DNA of 64,000 nt. Origin: Lingula anatina (taxonomy: Eukaryota; Animalia; Brachiopoda). Of this stretch, positions 22,498 through 35,677 are shown one piece after another. The DNA lies in contig CM120648.1 of NCBI GenBank assembly GCA_051362555.1, positions 12,954,587-13,018,586 on the forward strand, written 5' to 3'. How positions within the stretch are numbered: the first letter of the stretch is position 1; each line of letters opens with the position of its first letter. The notes under the pieces were generated by a model. It made no database searches, was not told the origin of the DNA, and was given only the letters and a program-made list of their open reading frames with translations. Both the position numbers and the translations under genes were made by a program.

Positions 22498-25400
22498 TCA
22501 CACACACGTCTCCTTAACCACCACCTTGCTTTCCTCGTCCACCGTGTCTTTGCTCTCACCGAGAAGACTGTCTCTACTTGTCACTGACCCATCACTGCCC
22601 GACCTCTGGTGTGACTTCTGCATTTTGATTTGAGCAAAATTTGGCGCCGATGAGACCATGGCGTCCGAGCTTGACAGACCGATTCCCGAAGATGCTGCCG
22701 CCATAATTAACGAACGTTGCTGCTTGCCCTGATTGATTTCGTTGACGGAGACTGACTTGCACGGAGGCAGGTTGTCTTGACGATGGTCGCGACGTCTTGC
22801 GGTCTCGTGTACGTCCGGCACAGAAGACGAATGACCGGCCCCGTCTCGGTTTTCAACCGTAACTGCGGTACTGTCTGCCTCACTAAGAAGACCTGAAAAA
22901 AGATGTCTTTACATGTTCATTCGAAGAATTTGTTTGGAAAAAATGAATGCTTATTTTTCAATACTTCGTTTGCAAAGAGTCTCTTTCCGAACTATTATTC
23001 AGCAAATGAGAAAAAATAATACATGAAGCCCTAAAATGTAAATAAGTAAATGTACTATAAATAACCACACTATGAATAAATACATGCATAATCGAAAAGT
23101 ATTGCTGTAAAACTACCACTATTTCACGCCCCTTGCAGTTACATACAGAGACTTGAAAATGTATGTAAAAACACTTAAAGCGTCTGGGGCCGCATATCTC
23201 AGTTTCTGTTAGGTCAAAAACTGGGTCGATGAATTGTGCTGCTATAGAAACAGTAACATCATTAACATTGGTAGTGCGTGTGTGTGTGTGTGTGCGCGCG
23301 CGTGCGCGTGGAATTGGGTACATGTACACCTCATCTACATGAACAGTGTTGAATGCCTCACGTATCTATTTTTCAAGTTTCAACTTACCTTCAACTACCT
23401 TCAGTATGATGTTGGATACGTTCCCTTGACCTATATCATCCAGAGCCTGCAAAAGAGCTGCCACTGTGGCGTCGTTGGCGCGTTTTTGCTTCCACGTTGC
23501 GAGCATTCTGTGCACTCGATCTGCAAGCGGTGCACTGACGACTGAAATATACAAGAATATGACCAACCTTCCTATAGGAATTACTCACTCTTGTCATTCT
23601 TAGTTGAAATTTTCTTGCAGCATTCCTCCATCTTATCTTTATCTACCCCATAACTTTGTTGGCTCATGTTTACATTTATATATGTTTCTGCCTTGAAACA
23701 TCTACCTAATCATCGTTTCAATAATACACAAAAATTAATCATCAATTATTTCATTTATGTGTCTTTGTACGTACATAGTAATTCGTTAACATATTTTTTA
23801 GTTTTTAAACAAAGTATTTTTGCCAAAAAATACTTGACAGTTGTGATGTTTTGAACTTACTAGGATATTCTTCATATATTTCATAACGCTTAGTATCAAA
23901 ATTCTCCAACAGATGTCTTCCCAATCGCTCCCAGTTTTTACCAATGTTATTTTCCACCATTCCAAATGCTTTATGCAGAGCTAAAAAAGGGAGAAAAATG
24001 AAATTCGTGTAAAAGCTGGACGACTTTAAAATGTAGCAAATCACGGTTTTGGAGCTGTTTAGTAAACACAATCAATGCACACTGCAGGTTTTTATAGCAA
24101 GTTTCAAAAGAGATCAGAGAGAGCGAGAGAGCAAGAGGCGACACATTTCATATTTCAGGTTTTCTCAACCCGATCTAACTAGTGATCTCTTTCATAAGGA
24201 AATGAAGTACTCTGACAAGGTATCAGTATGATATCATACACAACGACTGCGTTCTCATACAGGCCCGTAGCCAGTAATTTCAAAAGGGGGGTTCTTTCTG
24301 AAAACGTGGACCTTTTTCCATAAAAACTTCATGTACCCTGATCAATTTTTACCCAGAGTGGACCTTTCCCAGCCAAAGGGGCGGTTCTTTCGAACCCCCC
24401 GAACCCCCCCCCCCCCGGCTACGGGCCTGTCATACATAGATTGATATATCAGGATCGATCCATCTCCAGAGGGTTCCTCGCTAAATTGCTTTCAGCTTAA
24501 GCGGCTTAGATGTCTAGCACACCTACTGAAGCTGCTTAACGATATTAATTACCCTTAGCAGCTTCAGTAGGCTTGACAGACATCTAAGCCGCTTCAGTTG
24601 ATTTCAATTTAGCCTCGATCCACAGCGTCTAGGAATGGTCCCCTAGTATATCATGAACCCCTACAATCCCAATTACCTTCCCTCTCCAAATCTTCTTTAT
24701 TGCTCAATCGGTTCAGAATCTCCTGTCTATTTTGCTCGTCATCCATTTTGTTCGTTGTTCGCTTTTTATCCCTCCGTTTCTTGACACAACATACAATAAT
24801 GACTAGTGCACCTATAGCACTCACAGGGACCATCACGCCAAGTATAATCTTTAGCATCTTAGGCCCTTCTGACTTCTGCTGCTGTGAAGAACCCGTCTGG
24901 TTGCAGTCCTTGGTCCAATCTGAAATAAGAAATTGCACAGACTCATGTTGAATGTCGAGTTTTCATAAATTTAAGAATGAATTCCAAGTTACAGTATAAG
25001 TTTTTTTTTTTTCAAAATAACAATTTACAATTTAACTCATGATTATTTGAACTCCAATATTTCAGTGTGTCACTTGGCACCTTAATCATAAAAAAGCAGT
25101 AGTGCAATTTTTTTTAAAGTTTAGCTAAGCTTCTGCGTTGACGAAACTATGATTACAACCGAAAAAATACTACTGAAAAAATTATATGCTGTAAATGAAT
25201 TCATTATTTGTCATTTCAGTTATATAGAGAGCATATGTTGAGTAAACGACCATAACAAAAACTTAATTTAAATGACTGACGGACGTATAATTTTAACATA
25301 AATATCAAATTATTAAACGCACCGTCTTGCTTCAATTAAGAAAGTCAATATACATCTGTGTCTTCCTTCGAATAATGTCCTAATTTTGTCTATATATTTT

Positions 25401-28400
25401 TTAATTGATTTAAGATTTTACCTGTGAAGTTGGCTGCGCTGCAAATGTTGTCGGCGGTGGCGTTTCCCTTGATTTCCACACACTTCCCCTCTCTCCGACA
25501 ACTGAAACATGAGACGATTGTTTATATTGTGTTAGGTGAGATCTACCGGTACGTACATTGTATTGGTTGCGCTCGTATTGCTTTTCTCCGCACAATACAA
25601 CAAATATCATCACCGAAGACCTATTCGGGGCCGGTTTCATAAAAAGATCTACCTAAAAATATCTCTTAAAATCTGAACTCACTAAATGCTTTATGTATTT
25701 TATCAATTTCTCACTCACAATCGTTGTTGTTAATTCATAATAATTTCATATGAAGGTATTTTATGTAGAAGGGAGACTAAGACCAAAGACGAGAGTGGAG
25801 GGGGAGGTCATTGTTACTCGCATTCACGCATGCGCGCACGCACATGCACACACACACACACACACACAACGGATCCAACTATGTTTATTTCTAGTTTTTC
25901 TGGGACTTACTTCGTGTATTGCTTGCAGCTGTCACCGTTCTTGAAAAAACCCTCTGGGCACTCGGGGAAACAACCTAACAAATACAAAAAAATTATAATA
26001 ACAGTTAAAAGCAGTTCATCCACTTCCCTCATGCTTGGACATAATAACGAATTTATGTCCAAGCCTCATGCATTCATTTTGACATTTCTTTTTGTTACAA
26101 ATTCTTCAAAACAAGGCGCCGAGGGGTTCAACACACACCTGTGCAACGTACATGTATGACAGGAACTTTTTTGCTATAAATAAATGATTAACAAATAAAC
26201 AAAACGATTCGTTCAAAGCGACAAAGTGATTCGTTGAAGACGCGGTGAGTTTTTCTGTGGCTTTGAAAGTCAATTCATGAACGACAACGACCACAGCGGG
26301 GACAAGAAAAGTGAACGGCTTTGGGGAACTCTGCTACTGACAGGTGATAAAATAAAAGTGACATAAAGTAAAATAAAATACTAGCAATAAGTAAAGATCC
26401 TTGAAATTTTTATTTTTAAAAATTGGGATGAGGCGGGGCAGAAACTAGCTCCCTATCCATGGCCTACAGTGTGACATGGTTCTGTAACAAAATATTAATC
26501 AGCTTCATTCTGTTCAATATCAACCTACATTTTGTAACAGCGATAATATAAATTGATGCAATAACAAACTATGGATATTGCCCAAATCCAGGAAAGGTAA
26601 AATTCGCCAGGGAACATCCGCTCCTTGTTCACCATTATCATCAAAATAAATCTGGTGTTCCTTACAAGACAGGAGTCAGCCATGAATCGCCGAAAATAAT
26701 CAATGAAAAATCTTGAAAAGTTTGTGCAATCTTGGGCGGCAGAGTGCAGTCTTATCAATGCAGGCTATCATGTCTATGAATCGTCTGCAACAATCGTCTG
26801 TGACCCGGGAGCATAACAGTTTAACGCGGTCTGTCCTATTTAGGGAGAGTCAGATGGAATAAAAAAAGTGCTATGGTATCTGTAAAGTTCTATAGAGCTA
26901 TGGGTTAGTTTTACTTCTATATCTAAAATTGTGCAATTTACTCTGCCTTATAGTAACTCTATGCAACCGAAATATTTTGCTAGCACCTTGATACATCTTC
27001 CACTTGTGTCTCCCCCATAAAACGGTCCAAACTAAAAAATCGATAATCATATGGCAATTTTATACAGGCAATTGACCTACTTTTTAACCTGTGTAGTTAT
27101 CTTCGCTATTTAGTCGGTTTACAAATTTGCAGTTAAAACGTGATACGGGTCTAAAAAATGATGGTAATATTTTTTTTACGTTATAAAAATAAAGATAAAG
27201 AAAAACGCACGCCCCAAGTGACGAAATTTGTGAGTGAAAGGGGGCATAAAGCAAATCGTTTGACCTCTATATTCATTAATTTGTTTATCTGTTTGGTAAA
27301 TGCAATTGGGACAACTTTGTACTTTTCCGAGAACGTGGACATTTCGAGAGGTTACATGTAATAATTAAGGACTAAAACTTGAAAAAAAGGAAGAGAATTC
27401 CTGGGAAACAATCGAGATAGCATGAAAAGATAAATGAATATCTGAACTTTGATGATCAAAATAACATATAATTGAATAAAAACCAACAAGAGGGAGATGT
27501 ATAATTTTTTATCACTTGGTGGATGATATTTATACTAACAAGCACCCTCACCTGTGCTATTTTCCTTGGTCGTTTGACCAAGCGGACAAGGAGGTCTCGA
27601 CGTGGTAGGCCGCACGCTGGGGTCAGGCATGCATTCACCGAGTGTTTCGTGCCATGTGCAACCTTGAAGACACGAGCAGGTCGCGTCCCTGGTCAAACTC
27701 CCGGGGTCCTTGACGGTGGTGCATTTCTGTGTGTCTGGATTCTGATCCAAACAACGTTTTCTTTAAATAGATACATATAACGCCGGAATGAATTTTATGA
27801 TATTGATATTAAAGTATGATACTGATATTTATATATGCTATTAAGAAAAACATATATTATGAGTGGAGGAAATCACGATCTATAAACCTGTTTTCGAGCT
27901 CTAAATGTAAATTTCTAACAGTTAACAGTCTAAATCTCCATACTGGTAGAACTTTTAAAACCGTTTTGTGTACGATTTTGGAAATAGTATATAAGCTGTA
28001 CATTGAACGGGACACGTATCTAAATTTATTTCCAGAAGAAATATTTGGCTGTGCAAAAGTCTAACGTACATGTAGTGTGTGGTTTTAGGGGTGTCAACTA
28101 GCTTCAATATATTGCCGATGTTTGTCCCTTTTAACATTGTGCTTTTAAAAAGATTTATGGAAGAATCAAAGGTTTTGATCGACTATTAGAAAGGGAAAGG
28201 CTAACACTTTAAATTATCCCCATAAATATCTTAACTCCCCCCCCCCCCCCCCCCCCCGAGCCTACGGCGAACACACACAAACGTACACAGTTGAACAAAT
28301 AAAACGTGAAACAATCACAAAATCAATACACCTTTCGTTCCCATTCAGAATTCAGTGACTTACTTCAGTTTGCATTTTGTACCCAGGGGATTCACGTTAT

Positions 28401-30963
28401 CGTCTTGATAGTGATCGTCTTCACAAGGGACGCAGCGTGACGAATCCCTGTCATAAGGTGTGCACAGTTTGGCATACTGCCCTGGAATTTTGAAGAACGG
28501 TAAGTGATGATTAACAACCCGTGTCATAAACCTATAGAACGACCAAATTCAAACCGTTTAACGAGGCAGTTGAGTCATCACGTACTGATCAAGAAAATGT
28601 GTGTGAGAAAAAGAAAATTCATTGACGTCATTGATATTCTTAATCATACACTTTCCATTTTTTTCTTTTTTTTATCACTTTTCTTCACCTGTACAGAACA
28701 CGTAGTATAAAAACACAAATTTGGGGTATTTATAAAAGAAAACAGGAAGAAAGTTTTGACAGCAAAATAACACGTCTTTAAAAAAATGAAATAAAAAACG
28801 TAACGAAAGGTAGGCATGCAAGTACTGGAGTAATTACGCCGTCAAACGGGCAGACAGACAGAAAAAAAATACATACAGCATTCAGTGAGATCAATACATA
28901 AACATAAATGCGTTTAAAATAACTAATGAAACCTGTTACACTAACTATCCCATTGATAATAATACGACTCTACATGTATAGTGTGGTAGTTTTGTAATAT
29001 TGTCCGAGTTCTAAGTTAAGATATGACACAATAAAAACTAAAAGCGCACTCAGAGCAAGTTGATCCGCGGACCAACAGATAAGTGGGGTCGGCCATATTT
29101 AGGCCGTGGAACATCTGTTCTAAATGCGACCTAAATGTAGAACATGATAATCGCAATGTTATACCTCTTCGGGAACAATCCAGAACAAGTAAGATAATAC
29201 AAGTAGGTTTATAAATCAATTCGGTTGTGCCATAAGTCATGGATTCGACGGCACGACGGCAAAACGATGCAATCATCTACAAAATGAATATTAACCATAG
29301 CTGCTTCAAATCCCCAAATCCCCTGGTTTGAAAATACAGTTTTGAAATTAAAAATTAAAAACGATCAAACTGCTTGGATTGCTCATTAATACCATTATTT
29401 TCATTTGAGATTCTCGGCGAGGTCGAGTTATATACCATGATTCAGAAAGACGATGAATTAAACTGGATAAATCAGTCGAAGCTTGCGTGTGAATAATAAA
29501 AATAGTTTACAAAGGGATCCAAAAATGATATAATACGTTTCCTTGCGGGGCCTTAACTTAGGCCTGAAGCGTATAGTTACTTTTCCTGACACAAGCGAGG
29601 GGGAAGCAGACAGACAAAAATACATACAGCATTCACTGAGACCAATACATAAACACGCATTTATGCCTTTAAAATAACTAATGAAATCTGTTGTGCTAAC
29701 TATCCCATTGATATAAATTCGACTCTTCAGTGAGCTAATTTTGTAATATTGTCCTAGTTCTAAAGTAAAATCTGATACCGTAAAAACTAAAAGCGCACTC
29801 AGAGCAAATTGATCCGCAGACTAACATATAAGTGGGGTCGGCCATATAAATGTAGTACATGACGTAAAAACTCTCCGGGAACAATCCAGAACAAGATAAG
29901 ATAATAAATGTAGGTTATAGAATAAACGGTTGCACCATTAGTTATGGATTCGATGGTGCAATCAACAAAATGGTGCAATCATCTATAAAATGAATATTAG
30001 CCATAGCTGCTACAAATACAGATTTGAAATTAAAGATAAAAACTGATCAAAGTGCATGAATTGCTCATTGCAACCATTTGCAATTGAGATTTACGGCGAG
30101 ACCGAGGTAATAGACCATGAATGAGATCTAGAAGGACGATGAATCAAACTGGATAAATCAGTTGAAGCTGGCGTTTGGCTTATAAGAAGAGTATCAAAAA
30201 TGCGATCGCAAATTTAGGAGCTTTATATATGCATAACCACTTGCGGGTCCTTTAACTTTAGGCTTGAAACGTATAGTTACTTTTCCCGCAACTAGTGTCG
30301 TGCAGAAAGGGCGGGGAAACCTCTTGCCTACACTTGCTTGTATTCTAACACAGGTAGTTCATTGTCCATACGCTACATTTAGGCTAAGACACCTAATTAG
30401 AACAAATGCTCTAACAGTTAAAAATGATTTTGAGGATGATTAACACTTTTTTAATACGTTTAGATTTCATACTTCTTTTGAATAATCCAAACTGTAAAAT
30501 GCATTGTACAGTTGTACATGTACAAGCATAAAACCGAATTCCTTTCACTTACATCAGCCTACCTCAAACTTGACTGATAACAGTGGGTAAACAAAAAAAG
30601 ACCAAAATGAATAAAAATCAACAACAATGGTTATAAATAAATAAATTTAATCAACGGGTGTGATTAAACAATCATCAACTAGACCGATTAAGTGTTAGAA
30701 CCGCAAAGATGAAGAAAAAAACACTCCCTATGTAAACTGTCTGGGTTAGGCCCAGAATTATCAATTACCCCAACTAAAAAAACGCAGACTTTTGAAAGTT
30801 ATTTCAACGTACCTTTCCCACACTGGATCTCCCTACACTCAACCATTTTACCATAGTCCTCGTTCCAAATATGAATGTAGCGATATTCTGCCCCTACGTA
30901 CACATTTGCCATGGAAAACAGTCCTAGCAAGCCTAAAATGTAACTGCGTAGAAGGGAACCCAT
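22498..30963 (-). CDS. TNF receptor superfamily death-receptor-like gene, copy B (9 coding exons, 510 aa)
   Basis: E1 30813-30963, E2 28364-28481, E3 27552-27760, E4 25911-25974, E5 25422-25501, E6 24677-24919 (TM), E7 23861-23980 (AFGMVENNIGKNWERLGRHLLENFD), E8 23389-23541 (LADRVHRMLATWKQKRANDATVAALLQALDDIGQGNVSNII), E9 22498-22892 (tail ending KETCV*). Total 1533 nt, open frame. W.RLGR.L and ML..W.....AT...LL.AL..IG are death-domain hallmarks. Confidence 0.9.
24260..24429. mobile_element. caggcccgtagcc MITE with 5-bp TSD (hAT5-like)
   Basis: TIR caggcccgtagcc/ggctacgggcctg and TSD tcata. Copies at 47244-47426 (TSD ttatc) and 48900-49067 (taatg/tgatg). Confidence 0.85.
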
Positions 30964-32378
30964 GCTTGTTTTGAAGGGTTACCTCAACGTCAGTGCTTTT
31001 GTCTGTCCGAACGGAGTATTAAGGCCACAAGTAGACCTAGTTGACGTCCAACAAAGGTATCTTTAATTTAATTAGTCGATTGATAATGACTGTATCTCCC
31101 AAAATATAAAAAAGCACACCAAACCGCCTTGGGTTAAAAACTGGGACGCTGATCGCGACTAAAACGTAAGCCTTATATTAGGTCTTGATATCTGAAATCA
31201 CAGTCCGGCTCCGCTACTAAAACACTGTCAAAATATGTAGCTCCCGATCCCAAAGTAGTAATCCAGCAATACTCGAAGTCCACAAGTTCTGCGATATCTC
31301 CCCTTTCTGTTGATTTTGTACTCCTGTGTGTATCTTTTCTCTGCAGGCATCAGTATCTACTAGTGACTGGACGCGACCACATGGGTATATATATATATAT
31401 CGTGTGACCTAATTTAAAGTGTGCGGTTTTTTTTGTGTGTGTGTCATAGTCCTAAGTGAATCAGCCGTGCTGTCCCAGATCGATGTCAGGGCAAAAGGAG
31501 GTACAAGGGCGTGATTAATACGAATAAAATCAAAAAAGTGTTTTATGTTCAGCAAAGTTTTATTTTCATACATGTTTAGAATTAGATAAGATGAAAACAT
31601 ATAGACGTTACGGGGTAAATGGGGAAGTTAATAATGAAGATGGCATGAGAATAATGTGAATGGCCAACTAAATACGTGGCAGTGCAAAAACTGAAGTAGC
31701 CAGCTATGTACTGCAAAAAATCAAAATTTCACCTTCTCAGTCATCAATCATATCGTGTGTCTTGAACTTCAAAGTATTATTTTGGTGCCCCTTAAAAACA
31801 ATTTTGACGAGACACTGTTACAGCACAATGTAAAGGGCACTCCAGAAAAGGCAATTTTTTTCTTTTACTAGACTAGTCTAAACAAAAGGGACTTTTAACG
31901 GATTTGAATAGATATCAATGTCATAGCCGAGTCATGTTTTAGGAATGTCTGAAAATCAACCGCGACTACATAATACATAATATCAGCTACTGTTTACAAA
32001 CAAAACCATTTGACATGTTCCTAAACCACGTTGATACTTCGCTTGAAAATGTAAATTATTCTCCGTCCGCTTGCATTTTGTCTTTCCCGAGAGAAGCAAA
32101 TACCTCCCCCCTGCCCATCCTGAGTTAAATCATGGGTTAAGTTTTAAGTAAGGGAATTTGGTGGAGATAAACAAAATATTGGGTTTGAAAAAAAAAACAA
32201 ATAAATTAAAATGCTGGGATTGCCAATAATTTAGGGAAAATGTAAAAGAGAATAAGTTTCGTTTTATGAGGTATGCATACCAATAATTACCCCCCCCCCC
32301 CCAAAAAAAAATGCATATTATTGATCAATGAACTGACCTGGCTGCCGCGCTGTAAATAGATAGCATTGATTACGTTCC

Positions 32379-32546
32379 CGGTGTGACAGGAATGGAAGTC
32401 CTAGGAATGGAAGCCCGGGCCCATGTGATTAGTACGGGTTAGGGTTAGTAGGAGTATTGGGGTTAGTATATGGGACGAATGTCACTTGTACAAAGTTATG
32501 GGGAATGGACTACGGTTTCTAAAGGACTACCATTCCTGTCACACCT
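32379..32546. mobile_element. Small TIR element with internal ggttagggttag
   Basis: ggtgtgacaggaatgg ... ccattcctgtcacacc inverted ends. Confidence 0.6.
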
Positions 32547-32582
32547 GAGCAGATTCACAGTGCTCTGCAATATAAATGAACA

Positions 32583-33956
32583 CGTCCATTACCTAATTAA
32601 AAAGTTTAAAATAACTCATGAAATCTGTTACACTAACTATCCCGTTGATATAAATCCGACTTTAATTGCACTAATTTTGTAATACAGTCTGAGTTCTAAA
32701 TTAAGATACGACTCCATAAAAATTAAAAGCGCACTCAGAACAATTTGATCCGTGGACTAACATATCTATGATCGCATTCAAAACGAGTTGAGCCAGGCTT
32801 TACAAATCCTGGGGACTAAATATGGCGGACGTACATGAAAGAAAAACCGCCTAATCTTTTAATAGTCTCTCCGCTTCTCTCACGCCTCCCCACACGTCGT
32901 CCCTGCGGGGGGACAGTCATTAAATCTCGGCTCCATTGGGACGACACATAAGTGGGGTCGGCCATATTTAGGCCGCGGATCAGGTAGTCCGCGGATCATC
33001 TGCCCTGAATGCGACCTAAATGTAGTACGTGACGAACGCCATGTAAATCCTATCTGGGGTCAATTCAGAACCAAGATCAGATAATATATACATGTAAGTT
33101 ACAAAATAGTACAGATGCACCATTAGTCATGGATTCGACGGCGCAAAAGACAAAGTGAAGCAATCAGCTACAAAAAAATGTTAGCCGTAACAGCTACAAA
33201 TCCCCAGCCCTATGGTTTAAAAAAAGTGGTTTTGAAATTAAAAAAAAAAAAGTCACACTGCATGAATTGCTCATTAAAAGCATTATTTGCATTTGCGATT
33301 CAAGGCGAGATCGAGTTATATACCATGATAGAACAAGACGATGAATAAAACTGGATGTGTATGTAAATGTATAGTTACTTTTCCCGCCACCAGCTAGGGG
33401 AAAGCAGGGAATCGCCACGTTTACTGGGACATTTGTTTATATTCGTGACATTGGTAGTTCATTGTCAATGTACTACTGGTGCATTTAGGACACCTAGGTA
33501 CTAGTAGAAGCAGTGTTAACTGATTTTGATTATGATAACCACCTTTTAACTATGGATCTGATATAGATATGATAATATTTCATAATTCTTTTAAATAACC
33601 CAAAATGTAAAATACATTGTACAGTTATACAAGCATAAAGCCGAATTCCTTTCGCTTATCGTCGCCCTACTTCACAATCGACTGAAAACAGCGGGTAGAC
33701 AAAAAAGAGTAAAATTAATAAAAACCAGTAACAATGGTTATAAATAAATAAATAAATAAATAAATGTAATCAATGGGGGTGATTAAACAATCTTTAACTA
33801 GACCGATAAAGTATTGGGACCACAAAGATGAAAAAATACTCCCGTATGTAAACTCTATGGGTCCGGCCCAGAATTATCAATTACCCCACCTAAAAAGGCA
33901 AACTTAGCAAAGTTATTTCAACGTACCTTTCTCACACTGGATCTCCCTACACTCAA
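32583..33956 (-). pseudogene. Truncated remnant of a fourth TNFR-like paralog (3' 30 nt of exon 1 plus proximal intron 1)
   Basis: 33927-33956 encodes ECREIQCEK followed by the gtacgt donor. 32583-33926 matches intron 1 of B (about 29670-30812) and C (about 45350-46655). The ATG and signal peptide are replaced by repeat sequence. Confidence 0.75.
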
Positions 33957-33989
33957 TACGTTTTCTCCTCCCGTCTGTTTGTTCGTCTG

Positions 33990-35637
33990 TTAAGCCTCTC
34001 TTCTGGTCCTCAAATCAAGTTCGGTCCCTTGGTTCTAAACTGTTTACAAGAAGCTCTGTACTGGTCCTACACCTGTAAATGTCCATCATGACGAGTTCAA
34101 ACGTGTTCCCCAAACGTGTCCTTGGCTGACTCTATTATGGTCTCCAATATGTGAGGTTTAAAACTTTGAGAGGCTACCAAAAAACGTGCGTAAACTGAAT
34201 GTTAGAAAGAAATGCATTTCAATTACTTAAAATTGTATTATATTTGCTATAATATATTCTCATATTTTTTAAAGAATACAAAAGTTTTGATGCGTGACTA
34301 CTTTTAGGATGCTTAATACTACTACAATATTTATGGCGTTCTCTGCTTCTTGTTTTTAAGACAGTTACCTGTATATATACGTACATTCATGGTGATTGTG
34401 TGCATGTATGTGGGGGGGGGGCTACTCACTCACTATCATGATCGTGAGTTCTTTATTCCGTTTCAAGTTAGTATAACTAAGCTCTTATTTTCATATGGAC
34501 GCGTTTATTCCCGTGAATTTCCTAAATGTCCACTGGACTGTCAAGAACTATAGTGATTCAGAGCTTTTAAAAATCAGAACTTAGTCCTTTATATAGGCAC
34601 AGTATAATGGATTTTTACTGCATACGTTTTATAAATATATTAATACTGCAATTTATGTAAAGAGCTCCCTATGAAGGATAGTCTAGCTACTGTATTCTTT
34701 TACGCGTTTTGTTTTCAGAATTTTTTTTTTTTTCAATTTTCAGGATTTAGGGTTTAGGTATGGTCATTATAAAACTGCCAAAATGTAGGCGTTTTGTGCA
34801 AGTAGTAGAAATGGATTATATTATTTTCGAATCAGCGGATCTAAAATAAACAAAGTTTATTAATAAACGCGCATTATATTCGTAATTAAAGCCTATTTGC
34901 CTGTTTGACTGCATTTAAACTAAGACGCAACTGACCATAATGTTTGTTTGTTTGACGGGGCTGGTTTAGAGATGTGCTGCATACCTTGTTGGTATTTATA
35001 CCTAGGCCTTCACAAGCTATATATCCCATATCATTCGGATAATGTTTAAGAGATGTTTTTCTACAGGATGACAATTTACCATCTCAATTATATTGCTTTA
35101 GGAGCGTACAGTGAAGATATTCTGACCAAAGATATTGTGGCGATTTGATCGACTAATGGTAGAGGACAGATCCAGTATAACTACGTAGTATAAGTATGCA
35201 TACCAATGCAATTTACTGTTACACAACGCCGTACTCCCTTGGGCAAAATTAAAGGCTAACATCCCCGTTTCAATTTACCACTTCAAGGGAAAGATTCAGA
35301 ACAGCGCCCTGGCCTGAATTTTGATCTTACAAACTGACCCCTAGAAACCACAGAATTTTCTTTAATGCCCGAAATCTGTGAATTTAAATACTCGATCCTA
35401 CGGAGCTTTGTTAGTAATGAATTGTTGTAAAGACATGTAGGAAGCAGGGTGACTATATATGCTCGGAATTTTGTCGGAGAGGGAAATTTCTCGAGTTTGT
35501 TCACTGCCATGTGAAGCCATATTTTGTGGCCTGAGATGCCGTATCCGTTACTTCGTGACCTGACCTGTCAAAAGCACGTCTGGGCGCTCTTTTCATCTTT
35601 CGATTCTTCCACATAAATCAAGATACGGAGTAATTGC

Positions 35638-35677
<40 letters not shown>

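Noticed and set aside
27158-27361. ORF conserved between B and C (also 43704-43967)
   Set aside because: Intron 3 sequence conserved only through recent duplication. The stops differ and the segment is rearranged in A.
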